This document shows, piece by piece, positions 38,760 to 52,456 of a stretch of DNA of 64,000 bases (its first letter is position 1; every line of letters begins with the position of its first letter). A program made the position numbers and the translations under genes. Under the pieces are notes generated by a model that searched no databases, was not told where the DNA came from, and saw only the letters and a list, made by a program, of their open reading frames with translations. Source of the DNA: Camelus dromedarius (lineage: Eukaryota); contig NC_087436.1 in NCBI RefSeq assembly GCF_036321535.1, positions 11,780,001-11,844,000 on the forward strand, read 5' to 3'.

Positions 38760-41700
38760 CAGCGTACAAATCTTTCATCTCCTTGGTTAAATTTATTCCT
38801 AAGTATTTTATTGTTTTTGATGCTATTGTAAATGACTTTATCTGTTTTTTGGATAGTTTATTTTTATATATATATATAAATAAATATATATGTGCATATA
38901 TATATATGCAACTGATTTTTGTATGTTGGTTTGATATCCTGCAACTGTAATAAATTCTCTTACTAGTTCTAACAGTATTTGTGTCTGTGGGGTCTTTAGG
39001 ATTTTCTGTATGTGAGATCATATCATCTACAGACAGAGATAATTTTACTTCTTCCCTTCCAGCTTGGATGTCTTTATATTTCTTGCCTTATTTCTCTGGC
39101 TAGGACTTTCTAGTACTATGTTGAATAGGAGTGCTGAGTAGGCACTCTTGTCTTTTTCTTGTTATTAGAGTAAAAGCTTTAAATCTTTCACCATGGAGTA
39201 TGATGTCATATCATATATGGACTTTACTTATGGGCTTGTCATATATGGACTTTATTGTGTTAACATCTGTTCCTTTTATACCCAGTCTGTTGAGGGTTTT
39301 TATCATGAAAAAATGTTGAATTTTATCAAATGCTTTGTCTACATCTTTTGAGATCATCGTATCATTTTTATCTTTCATTCTATTAATGTGGTGTATTTAT
39401 TGATTTGTGTATGTTTAACCACCTTTGCTTCTCAGGGATGAATTTCATTTGATTGTGGTATATGATTTTTTTTAATGTGCTGTTGAATTCAGTTTGCTAG
39501 TGTTTTTTTGTTTGTTTGTTTTTAGAATTTTTGTGTCTATGCATCAGAATAAGTAACCTGTAAATTTTCCTGTAGTCTCCCTATCTGACTTTGGAGTCAG
39601 CACAATGTTGGACTTGTAAAGAGTTTAGGAGTGTCCCCTCCTCTTCAGTGTTTTGGTTGAGTTTGACATGGACTGGTGTTAATTTTTCTTTAAATGTTTG
39701 GTAGAATTTACCAGTGAAACCATCTGGCCCTGGGCTTTTCTTTTGGGGAAGTTTTTGATTACTGATTCAATATCCTTACTAGTAATTGGTCTGTTTCAGA
39801 TTTTCTGTTTCTTCATGGTTCAGTCTTGGTTGGTTGTATATTTCTTGGAATTTATCCATTTCTTCTAGGTTAGCTGTTGGCTTATAGTTGTTCACAGTAG
39901 TCTTTTTTGATCCTTTGTATTTCTGTGATATTACCTGTAATGTCTCCTCTTTAATTTTTTATTTTTTTGAGTCCTTCTTTTTTTCCTTGGTAAGTCTAGC
40001 TCAAGGTTTGCCTATATTGTTTTTATTTTCAAAAACCAACTCTTAGATTTATTGATCTTTTCTGTTGTTTTTTCGATCTCTATTTCATTTATTTCTGCTT
40101 TGATCTTTATTATTTCCTTCCTTCTGCTAACTTTGGGCTTGATTTTTTTCTTTTCCCAGTTCTTTAAAGTGTAGGGTTAAATTGTTTATTTGAGATATTT
40201 CTTTTTTCTTAATGTGAGCATTTATCATAATTAACTCCTCTCTTCAAACTGCTTTTGCTGCATCCTATAAATTTTGGTATGTTGTATTTCTATTGTCATT
40301 TGTTCAAGATGTTTTGGTTTCCTTTTGATCCATTGGTTGTTAGAGATTGTGTTGTTCATTTTTCTACACGTTTGTGAATTTTCCAGTTTTCCTCCTGTTA
40401 TGACTTCTAGTTTCGTGTCAGTGTGGTTGAAAAAGATACTTTCTATGACTTCAGTCTACTTTGGTTTGCTAATAAGCTTTGCTTTATGATTTATACGATT
40501 TATCCAGGAGAATGTTCCATGTGTGCTTGAGAAGAATGTTTAATGTACAGCTGTTGGATGGTATGTTCTGTATGTCTGTTAGGTCCATTTGGTATGAAGC
40601 ATAGTTCAAGGCCAGTGTGTCCTTACTCATATTCTGTCTGGATGGTCTGTTTATCCATTATTGAAAGTGGGGTATTGAAGTCCCCTACCATTATTGTACT
40701 GTTGTCTATTTCTCCCTTCAGATTTGTATTTACTTAATGTATTTAGATGCTCCAATGTGGAGTACTTATGTATTTTTGATAGTTATGTCCTTTGATGCAT
40801 TGACCCCTTTATCAAAATGACCTTCTTTGTCTCTTGTTACAGTTTTTGGCTTAAAGTGTATTTCAGATAAGTATGGCTACCTCTCCTCTCTCTTGGTTTC
40901 ATAAGCCTGGAACACCTTTTTCCATCCCTTCACTTTGAGCCTATGTGTGTTCTTAAAGCTGCAGTAAGTTTCTTGTAGGTAGCATACGGTTGGGTCTTTT
41001 TTTTTTTATCCATTCAGCCACTCTATGCCTTTTGATTGGAGAATTTAATCAATTTAGATTTAAAATAGTTATTGATAGGTAAGTACTTACCATCTTACTG
41101 TTTTCTGTTTTGCAGTTCCCCTATTCCTTTCTTCTCTTCTTGCTCTCTTGCTTTGTGAATGATGATTTTCTGCAGTGGTCTGTTTTAATTCCTTTCTCTT
41201 CAACTTTTTTGACTCTACTGTAGGTTTTTGGTTTATGGTTACCATGAAGCTTACATAAAACATCTTACAGCTTAACAGGCGGTTTTATGTTGTCGACAAC
41301 CTAACTTTGACTGCAAACAAAAAGTCTACCCTTTGACATCCCTCCCGTGACATATAAAATGATATTTTGATGTCACAGTGTACATCTTTCCATATTGTGT
41401 GTATCCATGAACAAATGATTGTAGCTATAGTTACTTTTAATATTTCTTAACGTTTATACTAGACTTAAGTGATGAATACACAACCATATTACAGTGTTAG
41501 AATGGTCTGAATCTGACTACATACTTACCTTTACCAGTGTGTTGTATATTTTCATATGTTTTCATGTTACTAATTAGGTCTCTTTTGGCACCAAGCTGTG
41601 CCACCTTAGAGAAGGGGTGATGCAGATACAGTGAACCTGTTCCTCTTACTCCCTTCAGTGTGTCCAATCTTGAATTATTTTTATTTTTTGCTCCAGTGGT

Positions 41701-41810
41701 GTGCTGGAACTTTTCCATTGGACTCCTAGACTTTCACAAAGGCACTCTATTCATGGATAATTGCCAAAATTGGGGTTCTTTGGGGAGGGGAGACAGTAGG
41801 AAACGCCTGT
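38760..41810 (-). mobile_element. Older L1, 5' region plus EN/RT, lacking its 3' end
   Basis: Minus ORF 38749-39021 (HTENPKD...IKYLGINLTKEMKDLY) and T-rich antisense ORF2 sequence; stops in mid-ORF2 at about 38760. Confidence 0.88.
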
Positions 41811-42146
41811 TGCACGCTTCGATGAAGTCACTCCCTGTTGTGGTCGGGGAAGCTGCTTGCAGCGGCGTGGAATGTGGCTGACCGCTCTAGCACCCTGCAG
41901 CGGCAGTGCGTTGCGCTAAGTGACAGCTTAAGAACCCGAGAGAGTTTGTGCCTGTGCGGTGGTAACTGTCTCCCGAGTGTGTGGTCCCATCCCTTATGAC
42001 AGGTGATTTCCCTTGCAGTTTCCCACAGTCTCCCTGAAATGCACTGGCTGGTACACCTTTCCTTGGCTTTCAGTTCAGCAGAACAGCCTGTGTAGCGTTT
42101 TAGTCACCACACGCCTGTTTTGACTTTTCATTCGGTGTTTTGACAG

Positions 42147-42286
42147 GAATGCAAGACTTCAACTACCTCAGCAGCAACTGCTTTGAGATCACCGTGGAGC
42201 TTAGCTGTGAGAAGTTCCCGCCCGAAGAGACCTTGAAGAGCTACTGGGAGGATAACAAGAACTCCCTCATTAGCTACATCCAGCAG
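42147..42286 (+). CDS. CPE: CPE coding exon 6 (140 nt)
   Basis: tgacag|GAATG ... CAGCAG|gtaagc; [47 protein letters not shown], catalytic Glu in ITVELSC. Confidence 0.98.
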
Positions 42287-42599
42287 GTAAGCGGTCTCCA
42301 GCGTATAGTGAGAGACTTGAGAGCATTTAAACCGGGTGCACGATAGTCTCCTAAGAGGATCCCAGTCTAGGGGAATCCATCGGACCCAGAATGAGGACAC
42401 GGCATTTGGAAAATGTGTCATTAGTGGTTCAAATAGGCTGTCATTTGTCATAGGTGTTGTGGTTCATGAATATGCTAAGAACTGGTTAAACTGGAGAGTT
42501 GCCGAGAGTGGGGGGGAAAGAACCCCTGTTTTCTTTCATATTGCACTGAGCAAGGGCGACCCTCCTTCCCCCTGATCACCTTGGGTCTGTTGGGCATCC

Positions 42600-42756
42600 T
42601 GGGCAGGACCTAGACTAGAATGAGGTAAGTGAGCCACTCAGGATGCAGAATTTAAGGAGCCTTTCACTCTCAGGGTCATGCAGGGACAGGATCAGCACCT
42701 GAGAGTGAACGCCTCCTTAAATTCTGTGCCCACTTGTCTCACCCTAGACTCAGCTG
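42600..42756. mobile_element. Palindromic hAT MITE (MER96-like)
   Basis: Arms gcagaatttaaggag..ttcactctcagg (42645-42673) and cctgagagtgaa..ctccttaaattctgt (42698-42727). Confidence 0.7.
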
Positions 42757-42767
42757 GATTTGAGGTA

Positions 42768-42790
42768 ATAATAATAATAATAATAATAAT
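42768..42790. repeat. (AAT)n microsatellite
   Basis: Directly visible. Confidence 0.9.
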
Positions 42791-44398
42791 GACAACTTAC
42801 ATTTATTGGGCACTTGCTGTTTCCCAGGCATTGTTCTAAATGTCTTCCATGTAATAATTAATTCATTTCAGTATTATAACAACACTGTGAGGGAAATTGT
42901 AGCATCATCGTTGTCGTCTTCTCCATCATCATCATCCCTGAATTAAAAACGAGGAATCAGAGGCACAGAGAAGTTAAGCAGCTTTCCTGAAGTCATTCAG
43001 CCAGAATCCAAGCTCTAGTTCCAGAGTTACCATGCCATATTGCTGCTCATGACATACGCTTAGATCTTTACCAGAGAGAGAGTCGCAGTACAGAATTTGG
43101 GGGAAATCTCACCATGTGTCAGAATAAAATACCTACCTACTCAAACTCCACCCAGGCCAGTGCCCAGCCAGCCCTACCCCTCTGTGCCAGGGAGACACTG
43201 GCATCCAGGGCGGTGCTGGTGGGAAAGACTTGAGGACTCTGCTCCTTGCCTGCAGCACCTTCACAGTTTCACATTGCATCCCATATGTGGCCATTGACAC
43301 CCAAAGTCTAGGAGACTGATGTTAGTTTCACGTGCTAGCAGATAGTCCAGACTGATTTTTAAACTAATTTGACATAAACAAATGCTATTAAATAGACATG
43401 TTAGCTATTGGCATATATATGTACATATAAGCATATGCATATGAACCCAGTGCAGTAAAAAGTGTAAAATCAGCTTGAGAATCCTTTTACACATGTCAAA
43501 TATCCATATTACATCTTAGCGAAAGGAATTATCATGGAATAGCTCCACTGATGACAGACAGTGGTTAAAGGACACCCATTACGCAGGATTTTTTTAATCG
43601 GCGGAATCCTGCTGCATGTTAACATAAAAAGGTGTTTTTCAACAACAAAACTAAACATGTTGGCCCTGGAGCAACCTTAGTGGGAACCCCGGTAGAATGT
43701 CCTTTAAGGAGAGTTGTATTTGGATGAATCTTTTAAGAGCAAAATTAGAAAATGTGTTTTTGGGTAGAGGAAGTAAGATGGGCCTGTTTGGTGTGTTCTC
43801 TGCTTAGATATCAAAGCAGACTTCCTTGATACAGTGCTTTTCCTGTTATTTACATGTTTTCTCAACAGAAATTTACTGAGCTGCTTTTGTGACCTAGGCA
43901 CCCTGTGAGGCACTGAGGATAGTGACTGCCCTCCATGAGGCTCTGTATCAGTGGGGTTCAGACATCCAGATCTAATTAAAGAGAGGATGATAAATGCTAA
44001 AATAAAGAGTAATGGCAGCAGTGCACAGAAGGGTCCCTCGCCCAGTCCTGTGAGTTCAGAAAAGGTTTCTTGGAGCTATGCTGTCAGACTCATGATACTT
44101 GATGTCCATAAGATTATCACTCCGATCAACAATTGAAAAACAAGTTCAGCCGCTGCTTAAGTTCTTTCTTGGTTCAAACCTGCAATACAGAGCGAAATAA
44201 AACCCAAACGTGTGCCGCCAGAAAAAGGAGAATGCTTGTCGTATTTAGGGTGGCAGTTGCATTAATCCATCTAAAAGCTGTATCAGTTTATATAATAATA
44301 AGCTGCAAAGAAGAAGGACCAGGTCCTGCAGTTCTGTTTTATGTCACTTGGAAGGAGAACTTGATCTTCCCACAAATCCCCGTGACCCACACTGATAT

Positions 44399-44945
44399 TG
44401 TCACCCCAAAAGGTAAAGACCCCAGTCCTTGTCATATCTGAAAGGTAAGTTTACCATCAGGAGACGGTGCGTTGTGTAGTGAAAGATTTTTAAAAGATTT
44501 ATTTAGAAAAGGAAAAGCATACCCCCAAGAACGGGAGGCGGGCTGATGCACGGGAGGAAAAGCAGCGATTTTTGTCTCCCCTTCTCTCATACCCTCGCTT
44601 AGAGGGGGTCTCTTGATTGATTGACAGCTCTTGCCCCTGGAGTGCTCAGTCATGCTCGTCCCCTTTGTGCATGTCCTTACCCATGATGCACACAGAAAAA
44701 CCCATGGAGGGGTGCCTAAACTGAAATGTTAACTATAATACAATGAACATTGGGTTGTGTCCAGTTAAGTCCTTTATGGTACTGAGCAGGCGTGGCTGTT
44801 GGGGTCTAACCGGTTTCTGGCTAGCACTCATTTAGAGGAAGTAAAGCCCCTTTATGCTGGAGGCGGGCACAGCGCCATCTCCCTGACCATCCCCCCTCTC
44901 TTCCACCTGCCTGCCCGGTGTCCCCACTTATCTAACTGCTTGTCA
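44399..44945 (-). mobile_element. ERV1-type solo LTR, family A copy 2
   Basis: TG...CA termini; TSD atat/gtat; homology to 13252-13803. Confidence 0.9.
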
Positions 44946-46915
44946 GTATGACTTCGGTGTTGTGGTGCAGGCTGTGTAGAAGCAGTCAGAGTGGTGTTTA
45001 CCATGCACTCACACAGCCCACCTCACAGATCGCTCCAGTTCAGGGAACCCAAGGCTGGTGACAGATCAGTGGAGACTGCCAGATGTCCTGTGCTGACATT
45101 GTTTTCTTGACAGTGAAGCAGTATGGTAGTGATTAGTAATTGAACACCTGGGCCTGAAATCTTAGCATGGACCAGTTTTACCACTTGTGGAAAATAGGTG
45201 ATTAGGAGCTCTAATTCAGTGACTGGCTGAGAGGAAATCTCTTGCAGGGTTTTACAGGGATGTTTGTAGGGACTGGAATCAGAGTTAATTAGGGTGAACA
45301 GTTTGCTAAGAAGCGCTCCCATTCAGTAGTTTTGGAACCGTCTAGTTCTCAAAGTTTCCAAAGAATTTGTCAAAGAATGGTTCCTGGGCACCTGCATCAG
45401 AATTGTCTGGGTTCTTGTTGAAAATGAGTTTCCTGTCCCAGAGCCATTTCAGCAAACCCTCTGGGTGACACTTAAGTATTCGAGGATTTAAAGGCTATCG
45501 ATACAAACAATTCTAGCAACAATGAAGAATCTTCTGGGTTTCATTTATTTATTTATTTTTTTAGCTTTGGTTGATTGAAATGTCCTGGAATCCTGGGAGA
45601 GAGTGATAGGAAGGACAAGTGTAGCATGGTAGTTTCTGCAGGAATGAGTGAAATTCAGACTTCTGGAATTTCCTTTGCAAGAGCCATGAAACGACAGTCT
45701 TTCCCAGTCTGCATTCGTGTGGAGTCGTGACAGCCCGTAACACTTCGGTTGAGACTTATTACTGCAGCGGAATTTTTCAGACAGAAAAGTTGTGCTCCAC
45801 AGTTGGCATTTCAGAGATAGGCACCGACTTATTTAACTCTGTTAATCGCATACTGTAATAGAAAGTCTTGGGTTTCAGAGACAGAGAAAGTAAAGTCACA
45901 AATAGTAACTGGGCAAATTTGTGCCTAATGTAGGTGAATTATGTTTTTGGAGTGATTATTTTCCAACGATGAGGAATATTTCAAACCTTCATTTCTCTAA
46001 GGTTTATAGTATTGATAATATCAAATTATTGTGCCTCAAGATGAATGGATGCATCTCCACAATGTTTCTGATCCCACTGACTTTCTCCGTGTTAATTTCA
46101 TTCAGAAAGCTGAATTTTTATGTTTCCACTGGCTAAATTTCAGTCTTTTTCAATTTTAGTTGGCTTATCCATAGGTAAGTCTTGGAGGAAAGTCACTAGC
46201 TCCTAAAAATTTTTTTTCTAGATGTCTTTACTCTCTTCTCACCCTACTGGTTACTATTAAAATTATTGTTTATTATTACTGACAACATGGATAACTTTTT
46301 ACCATTGGTAAATTGCCTTTAGAGAAAAGAATTGTGTGTTACTTTTATAGACTTTTAGAAGTTTTGCTTTAAAAAAAAAAATAACAAATGCAAAAACAAA
46401 AATTTGCTGATAACCAAGGGCATCTCTTTGATGAACATTATACCACGGCCAGATTTATTCCCCCATGACTAAGGGACACACGAGACTCATTCTATTTTCT
46501 GTAAGGAAATATTCAAATATCATTAGTAGCAAAAGAAAATTCATTTTCTGGGGCCAGACTGAGTGAAAAGTAACTGGGGCATTTTCGGGGTGGGACATGT
46601 TTTGTTAAGTAACCAAGCTTGATAGAATATCATTTGATATTTCAGAAGCAGTACTTTCTCAAAGAATTTAAGTGACTTTCTGTCACTTCAAATACATACT
46701 GACAGTTGAATGTTTAAAAATAAACCTGTTTCTGTAGTTTGCTCTGCAATTGTTAGTTGAAAATGGCAACTGAATTCAGGGGCTTGTTCTCAATAGCAAG
46801 TCCTTCATTTTCTTTCTAAGCCCACTTTTCAGTTAATAAGTTCACTGACCTTTCATGCCATGGATTTTCAACCAAAATAGTATCGTTAGTGGGTTTAATG
46901 CAAAAGTGCTCACAG

Positions 46916-46980
46916 TACAGAAACACTATGCTGTACACCAGAAATGGACACGTTGCAACTGACTATACTTCAATTAAAAA
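46916..46980 (+). mobile_element. Very short (about 65 bp) L1 3'-terminal insertion
   Basis: tgctgtacaccagaaat...actgactatacttcaattaaaaa; degraded TSD aaaagtgctcacag / agaagtactcccag. Confidence 0.7.
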
Positions 46981-47444
46981 AGAAGTACTCCCAGAATATA
47001 TCCTTTTCTCTATAAAGAACAAGTATTGAAGGGCTGTAATGTAAGATCTTGTTAACTGACAGTGGGCATGTAAAGTAAACACAAGTGACCACATTTATAA
47101 TAGAAAGCAATGAAATGTGTGAAGACCAGAACTATTTTACAGAGTTAACAGACTTACTTTTTTTGTTTCATTTTTTTGTTTTGTTTTGATGGTTTGGAAG
47201 ATACTGCAGGGTCTTTGACTCAGAACAAGACACCGGTTTTCAGGGGGTTACTTCTCATTTGCCTGCTTGAGAAAAAGCAGAGTAAAGAGTGCACAAAAAA
47301 ATTCAGTGACTTTTGGAGCATATTTTGATTCTTAAACAAGGGAGATCTGCAGTATTTTGCTAGAAAATCAGGAGATGCTTGATAGGAAGCATGTTTTTAG
47401 GTTGTTTCTAATATGAATGTCTTGGTTCTTCTTGACCTTCACAG

Positions 47445-47544
47445 ATACACCGAGGAGTTAAAGGATTTGTCCGAGACCTTCAAGGTAACCCAATTGCCAA
47501 CGCAACCATCTCCGTGGAAGGAATAGACCATGACGTCACATCCG
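47445..47544 (+). CDS. CPE: CPE coding exon 7 (100 nt)
   Basis: tcacag|ATACAC ... TCCG|gtgggt; [33 protein letters not shown], start of the transthyretin-like domain; not in the ORF track, read by hand. Confidence 0.97.
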
Positions 47545-47756
47545 GTGGGTGTTCTCCGTGTGATCCGAGGCTCTGGCATTGCACACGAGAGCCTGATGAC
47601 TTGTTGACATAGATCTGCTTCTTACACTGTTCTAAGCAGTGCAATTAAATGCCTCATATCTCTCTACCTCGTCTCTCCGCCAGCTTTGCTCTAGTTAAAT
47701 TTCCTTTGGGGAGCAGGTCAGGCAGTGAGGAGGGCTGCTGTGGTTGGAAGCCGGGG

Positions 47757-47773
47757 TGCAGCAGGTGGCGCCC
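47757..47773 (+). promoter_or_regulatory. CTCF-like motif
   Basis: tGCAGCAGGTGGCGCcc, one deviation from CCAGCAGGTGGCGC. Confidence 0.5.
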
Positions 47774-49718
47774 TTTCCTCAGCTGTGTCTCCCCAGAGCT
47801 CATCAGAGAGTCTGCAGTGCTTGAGGCAAAGGAAGGTGGACCAGCGGGAGCCAGAATAGCGTGTCTTTCTGATCTCTCCTAGGAGAAGTGCTGATGAGTT
47901 GTTAACTGGTGGCCCTCAGGCGGGAGCCGAAGAGTGGGAAAGGAGATAACTGTCAAGTGTATTGTGTGGCTAGGATTTCTTCCTTTAATCCGTATCCTAA
48001 ACCCAGATGTATTTAAGGCTGAACAGGATGTTACAGGGTCGAGGTTGATGTTTGTCATTTCTGGGTTTAAAGCCCCATTTCCACTTGCCTAGTTTGGGGA
48101 AAATGATGCATTTCCCTGGCAAACCTACCTACTCCTGGGAGTAAGCAGCCGTCCCGCTCATTTGAGCATCACTCTCATTTGTTGGGATCTTTTCAGCAAG
48201 AACAGGATCTTTTTAGCTATGAACTTTTTACAGGTTTCTTGACCTTAGCATTAATTAACCTTTAACTTATCTTCCAAACATCCTATACCATTACTTCTTT
48301 CTTAACCTCCACATTTATAATTTGTATTTTTTAATCTGTAACATTCATTCTCTAAAACTCCATTTGTTTATTCATTCAACAATTCTTATCAACCCCACAA
48401 AGTGCCAGCACACCTTCCCAACCAATATGCCCGAACCTGTGCCGAGTGACTGCTCCCTCGCCCTCAGGGAGGGGGTCCTGAAGGACCCCAGCATGTCCCC
48501 TGTGGCCACAAGAAGCCACTTCTGTCTGTTAACTCTAGTGTGACATGCAAACATTATTTTCTCTGCATTTCATAATGTGGAAACTTTAGGAAAATCTGAT
48601 GCTGGGAATAAATATAGGTAGAAAAGAATGAAATCTGAGGACTGGGCTCAGGGACCCTGCAGCTTTTCGAGGGCTGGGTAATAAGGAGGGATGAGAAATG
48701 GAGTCTCAGGTGGAGATGAAACCCAGTGCATTGTCCTGGGAGCCTGGAATGGTTTCAGGAACGAGGGAGGGCTAACCAGTGTCAGCTACAGGAACCTCGT
48801 GGAGGAGGCCGTGTGGAGAGTCCTGACAAGTCTGTTTCAGTGGACCAGTGGGGGCCCCACTGGGAAGGATCTAAGAGAGACTAGGAGAGACGTTAGAAAT
48901 GGAGAGTACTGGCAAGTCTTTCCAGAAATTTCGCTGTAAAACAAAGAAGATAAATGAGGCACTGGCCGAAGGAGGTGCAGAGTCCAGAGGGAGATTGGAA
49001 GGGATGGTGATGGGGGCTCATTTTTCCCGATTGTTTCCATATTCACAGTGAAACACAGTGTGAAGCATCAGCTGAGAGTGAGGATGCAGAGGATGCGTTA
49101 GAGGTGTTAGGAGAAAGGAGAACGTGTGAAAAGAAAGTCCACTAGGCCTAGCTCTTCAGAGTATGGTGCCCAGCAGCAGCTGGATTCAGTGTCACCTGGA
49201 GCTGGTTAGAAGTGCAGACTCTTGGGCCTCACCCCAGAGCTGGTGAAGGAGAGTTTGCATTTTACCATTTCCCAGGTGATTGGTACGCACTCATCTAGGA
49301 AATGGGGGAGTGAAGGGAGCCGGGAGGAAGACAGGGCAGGACCCAGGCCTGTGGAAGGCTGCTGTTTGTGGATGGGAGACAGCTCAGCAGGGTGTGTGTT
49401 TTCTCCAGCTTCCCGCAGCCACAGGGGCAGGCATAGGGTAGAGACGTGGGTGTTACCCAGAGCTGGGGGTTTGCCAGGCCTGTAAAGCAGATGGGGAACA
49501 GCAGACCAGCTGAAGGCTACATGTGAGCGTGGCTGACTGGGGGGGTTTGGGAGCCTAAGCTGCGACAGGAGAGAGGTGGGGGCTCACGGGGAGGAGGGGG
49601 AGTGGGCGCACAGCTCGGAACCCTCTGGGGGTGGTTGAAGATGGGTTCCTATGAGGCACGCCAGGCCGGCTGTTCTGAGTCTTTAGCAAGCTCAGTTTCT
49701 GACAGGTGCCTGAGGGTT

Positions 49719-50266
49719 TGTTATCCCCCAAAAAGGAAAAAAAAAAAGTCCTTGTCTTACCCAAAAGACAAGATTACAGATGGGAGATGGAGAGCGTTGT
49801 GTAGTGGAAGATTTTAAAGGATTTATTTAGGAAAAGAAAAGTACCCCTCCAAGAATGGGAGGTGGGCTGATCCAAAGGGCGAAAGCGTCGATCTTTGCCC
49901 GTTTTCTTACACCATCGCTTAGAGGTGGTCTTTTGATTGATTGACGGCTTGCGCCTGGAGTGCTTAGTCATTCGTGTTTGGCCTCTTTGCACATGTCCTT
50001 ACCCATGACGCACACAGAACAACCCCTGAGGGGCGGGGCTAAATGGCAATGTTAATTATATTACAGTGAGCACTAGGTCATGTCTGGTTAGGTCCTTGTC
50101 GCTATGTGCAGTTGCAGCTGTTGGGTCCTGACCAGTTTCTTGCTGGCGCTTATTTAGAGGAAGCAAAGCCCCTTTGTGCTGGAAGGGGCATAACACCATC
50201 TTCTGGATCCTTCTCCCTCTCCTCCACCTGTCTGCCCGGTGCCCCCACTTATCTAACCACCTAACA
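49719..50266 (-). mobile_element. ERV1-type solo LTR, family A copy 3
   Basis: tgtta...taaca termini; TSD ggtt/gctt. Confidence 0.9.
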
Positions 50267-50603
50267 GCTTGACAAGTGCCTTTAGGCTGCGCTTTGTGAG
50301 ACATTGACCTAGACTCTCAGAGAACCGGGGCTTCACAGCCAGATACTCGGCAAGAACTGAAACATGGTGCCAGACAGTCGGATCCCACTGCCTGGGGACT
50401 TCATGTAGCTGCTTACCTGTGCTACTGCTGACATGATTACAAAGATTCATTATCTTAGAAGATTTATTAGATAATCTAACATTAATATCTGTAAAATTGC
50501 CATAAGAAGTGATGCCCTCTAGAGATGTGATGCTCTTTTCAATGGAATTTCATCAAATTCTGTGACCATCTACTTTAAAGACAGAGAATCAAAACTGAAC
50601 TAA

Positions 50604-50804
<201 letters not shown>

Positions 50805-52357
50805 TAAGACTTATGAAGCACTTGCTGCGGGTCAGGCATATTTAAGGCTCTTATATTTAATGTTCATGATAACCTTAGAAACTGTCACTATCCCCATTTA
50901 ACAGATGAGAAAACTGAGGCCTAGCAAATTTAAGTGACTTGCCCAAGGGCTCAGTGGTTGATTTAATACCACTCAATGTGAAGCCCTGTTACCATTTCCC
51001 AGTTTTTGAAGCGATCCTCCAAAAAAATCAAATAAAACTTTAAAACATTCAACTCTTATTTGCTGACCCTTGATTTCAATCTAAGTGATATTCTGTTTGA
51101 TTTATCTTCTTACTTCTAGCACCTGGAATGATACCTTACACAGTAAGTACTTGGAAAAATAAATTAGTCCTGCAGGGTAATTTTAGGCCTTAACTAAACA
51201 TTTATTAAGCACCTGCTATAAGCAAGGCCCTCTATGCTAAGCACTACCAAAAATGACACCTTCTTTAAGTAGATACCATGTATCTTACTAGGAAGGTGAT
51301 GGGGAGGAGACCACAGGTCTCTTGGAGCAGGGTGTTACTACTGTCCTTGTATCACATCACTGGGACTATGGAATGGCCTACAGGGTTTCCAATTAAATGG
51401 CTTACTTGAAATGAATTTATTGTGTTTGCACCCAAACTTGGGAGTATAAATGCTTGTTTTTGCAAACTAAATATCTTGAGTTTTTAACCGGTGCTTTGGT
51501 TTCGATTGTGTGTATGCGTACATTAGGTTGTATGTGTATTAGAATCGGGAGGTAAATTTGGGCAAATGAAACCTGGAAAAATGTAGCTCCAGAACCAGGT
51601 TGAAAAACGTTCTGCTATTTTGACCCTTAGCCTTTCTAGCAAGTGTTAGTTCAAGGAGGTGGTGAGTAATAACTTTCCTAATAACCAGAGGTGTAAGTGG
51701 CCGAATCAGAGAACTCTGAGTTCCATCTGGAAGGGGGGCATGGGTATTTCGTGGGCCCAGGGAGGACTGGCGTTGGGAGCTGCAGAGCCTGAACAGTCCT
51801 TTACGCAGAAGTGCATGAACTCTCCATACCTGATGAGGACGCCCAGTTCACATGCGAGCTGAGTTCCTGAACCACTGGCCTTCATGGTGGTTTGAGTATG
51901 TGTGTGTTCCCATCAGTTCAACAGACTCAGGATTCTAGAAAGTGGAACCCTGTGATTTGGGACACCAGGACACTCAACTGCATTCTTCCATATTCCCCCA
52001 GCTTTTAGGAGAAAATTCAAGGTTGACAGGAGAAGCTCATTGAATAGTCAAAAGCAGAAGACTAATTATAAGTCACATCTTTTATGGAGGGCGGGGGAAG
52101 AGTGCTTTTAAATAATCTGCTTTCCAACAATCCTACAAAGCTACTAGATCAAAGCATATTTCAAACATAATGGCTTTTGATATTCTTGTCCCTGAAAGTA
52201 TCTTTCTGCTTATCATGAGAGATTTTTTAGGATATACTTACATTCAGGAGGCAGGGTTGCACTTTATTCTAATAAACTATAAACCTGCTCTTTTCTAATT
52301 TGTTTTTAAAAGTGCATAATCAGTTTGATAACAGTATATTCTTATTTTCTCCTTTAG

Positions 52358-52456
52358 GTTGATTTTGAACTGGAGTCATTTTCTGAAAGGAAAGAAGAGG
52401 AGAAGGAAGAATTGATGGAATGGTGGAAAATGATGTCAGAAACTCTAAATTTTTAA
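52358..52456 (+). CDS. CPE: CPE last exon (9), coding part to TAA
   Basis: ctttag|[38 protein letters not shown], the CPE-specific amphipathic membrane-binding tail. Confidence 0.98.
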   Translation, partial: VDFELESFSERKEEEKEELMEWWKMMSETLNF

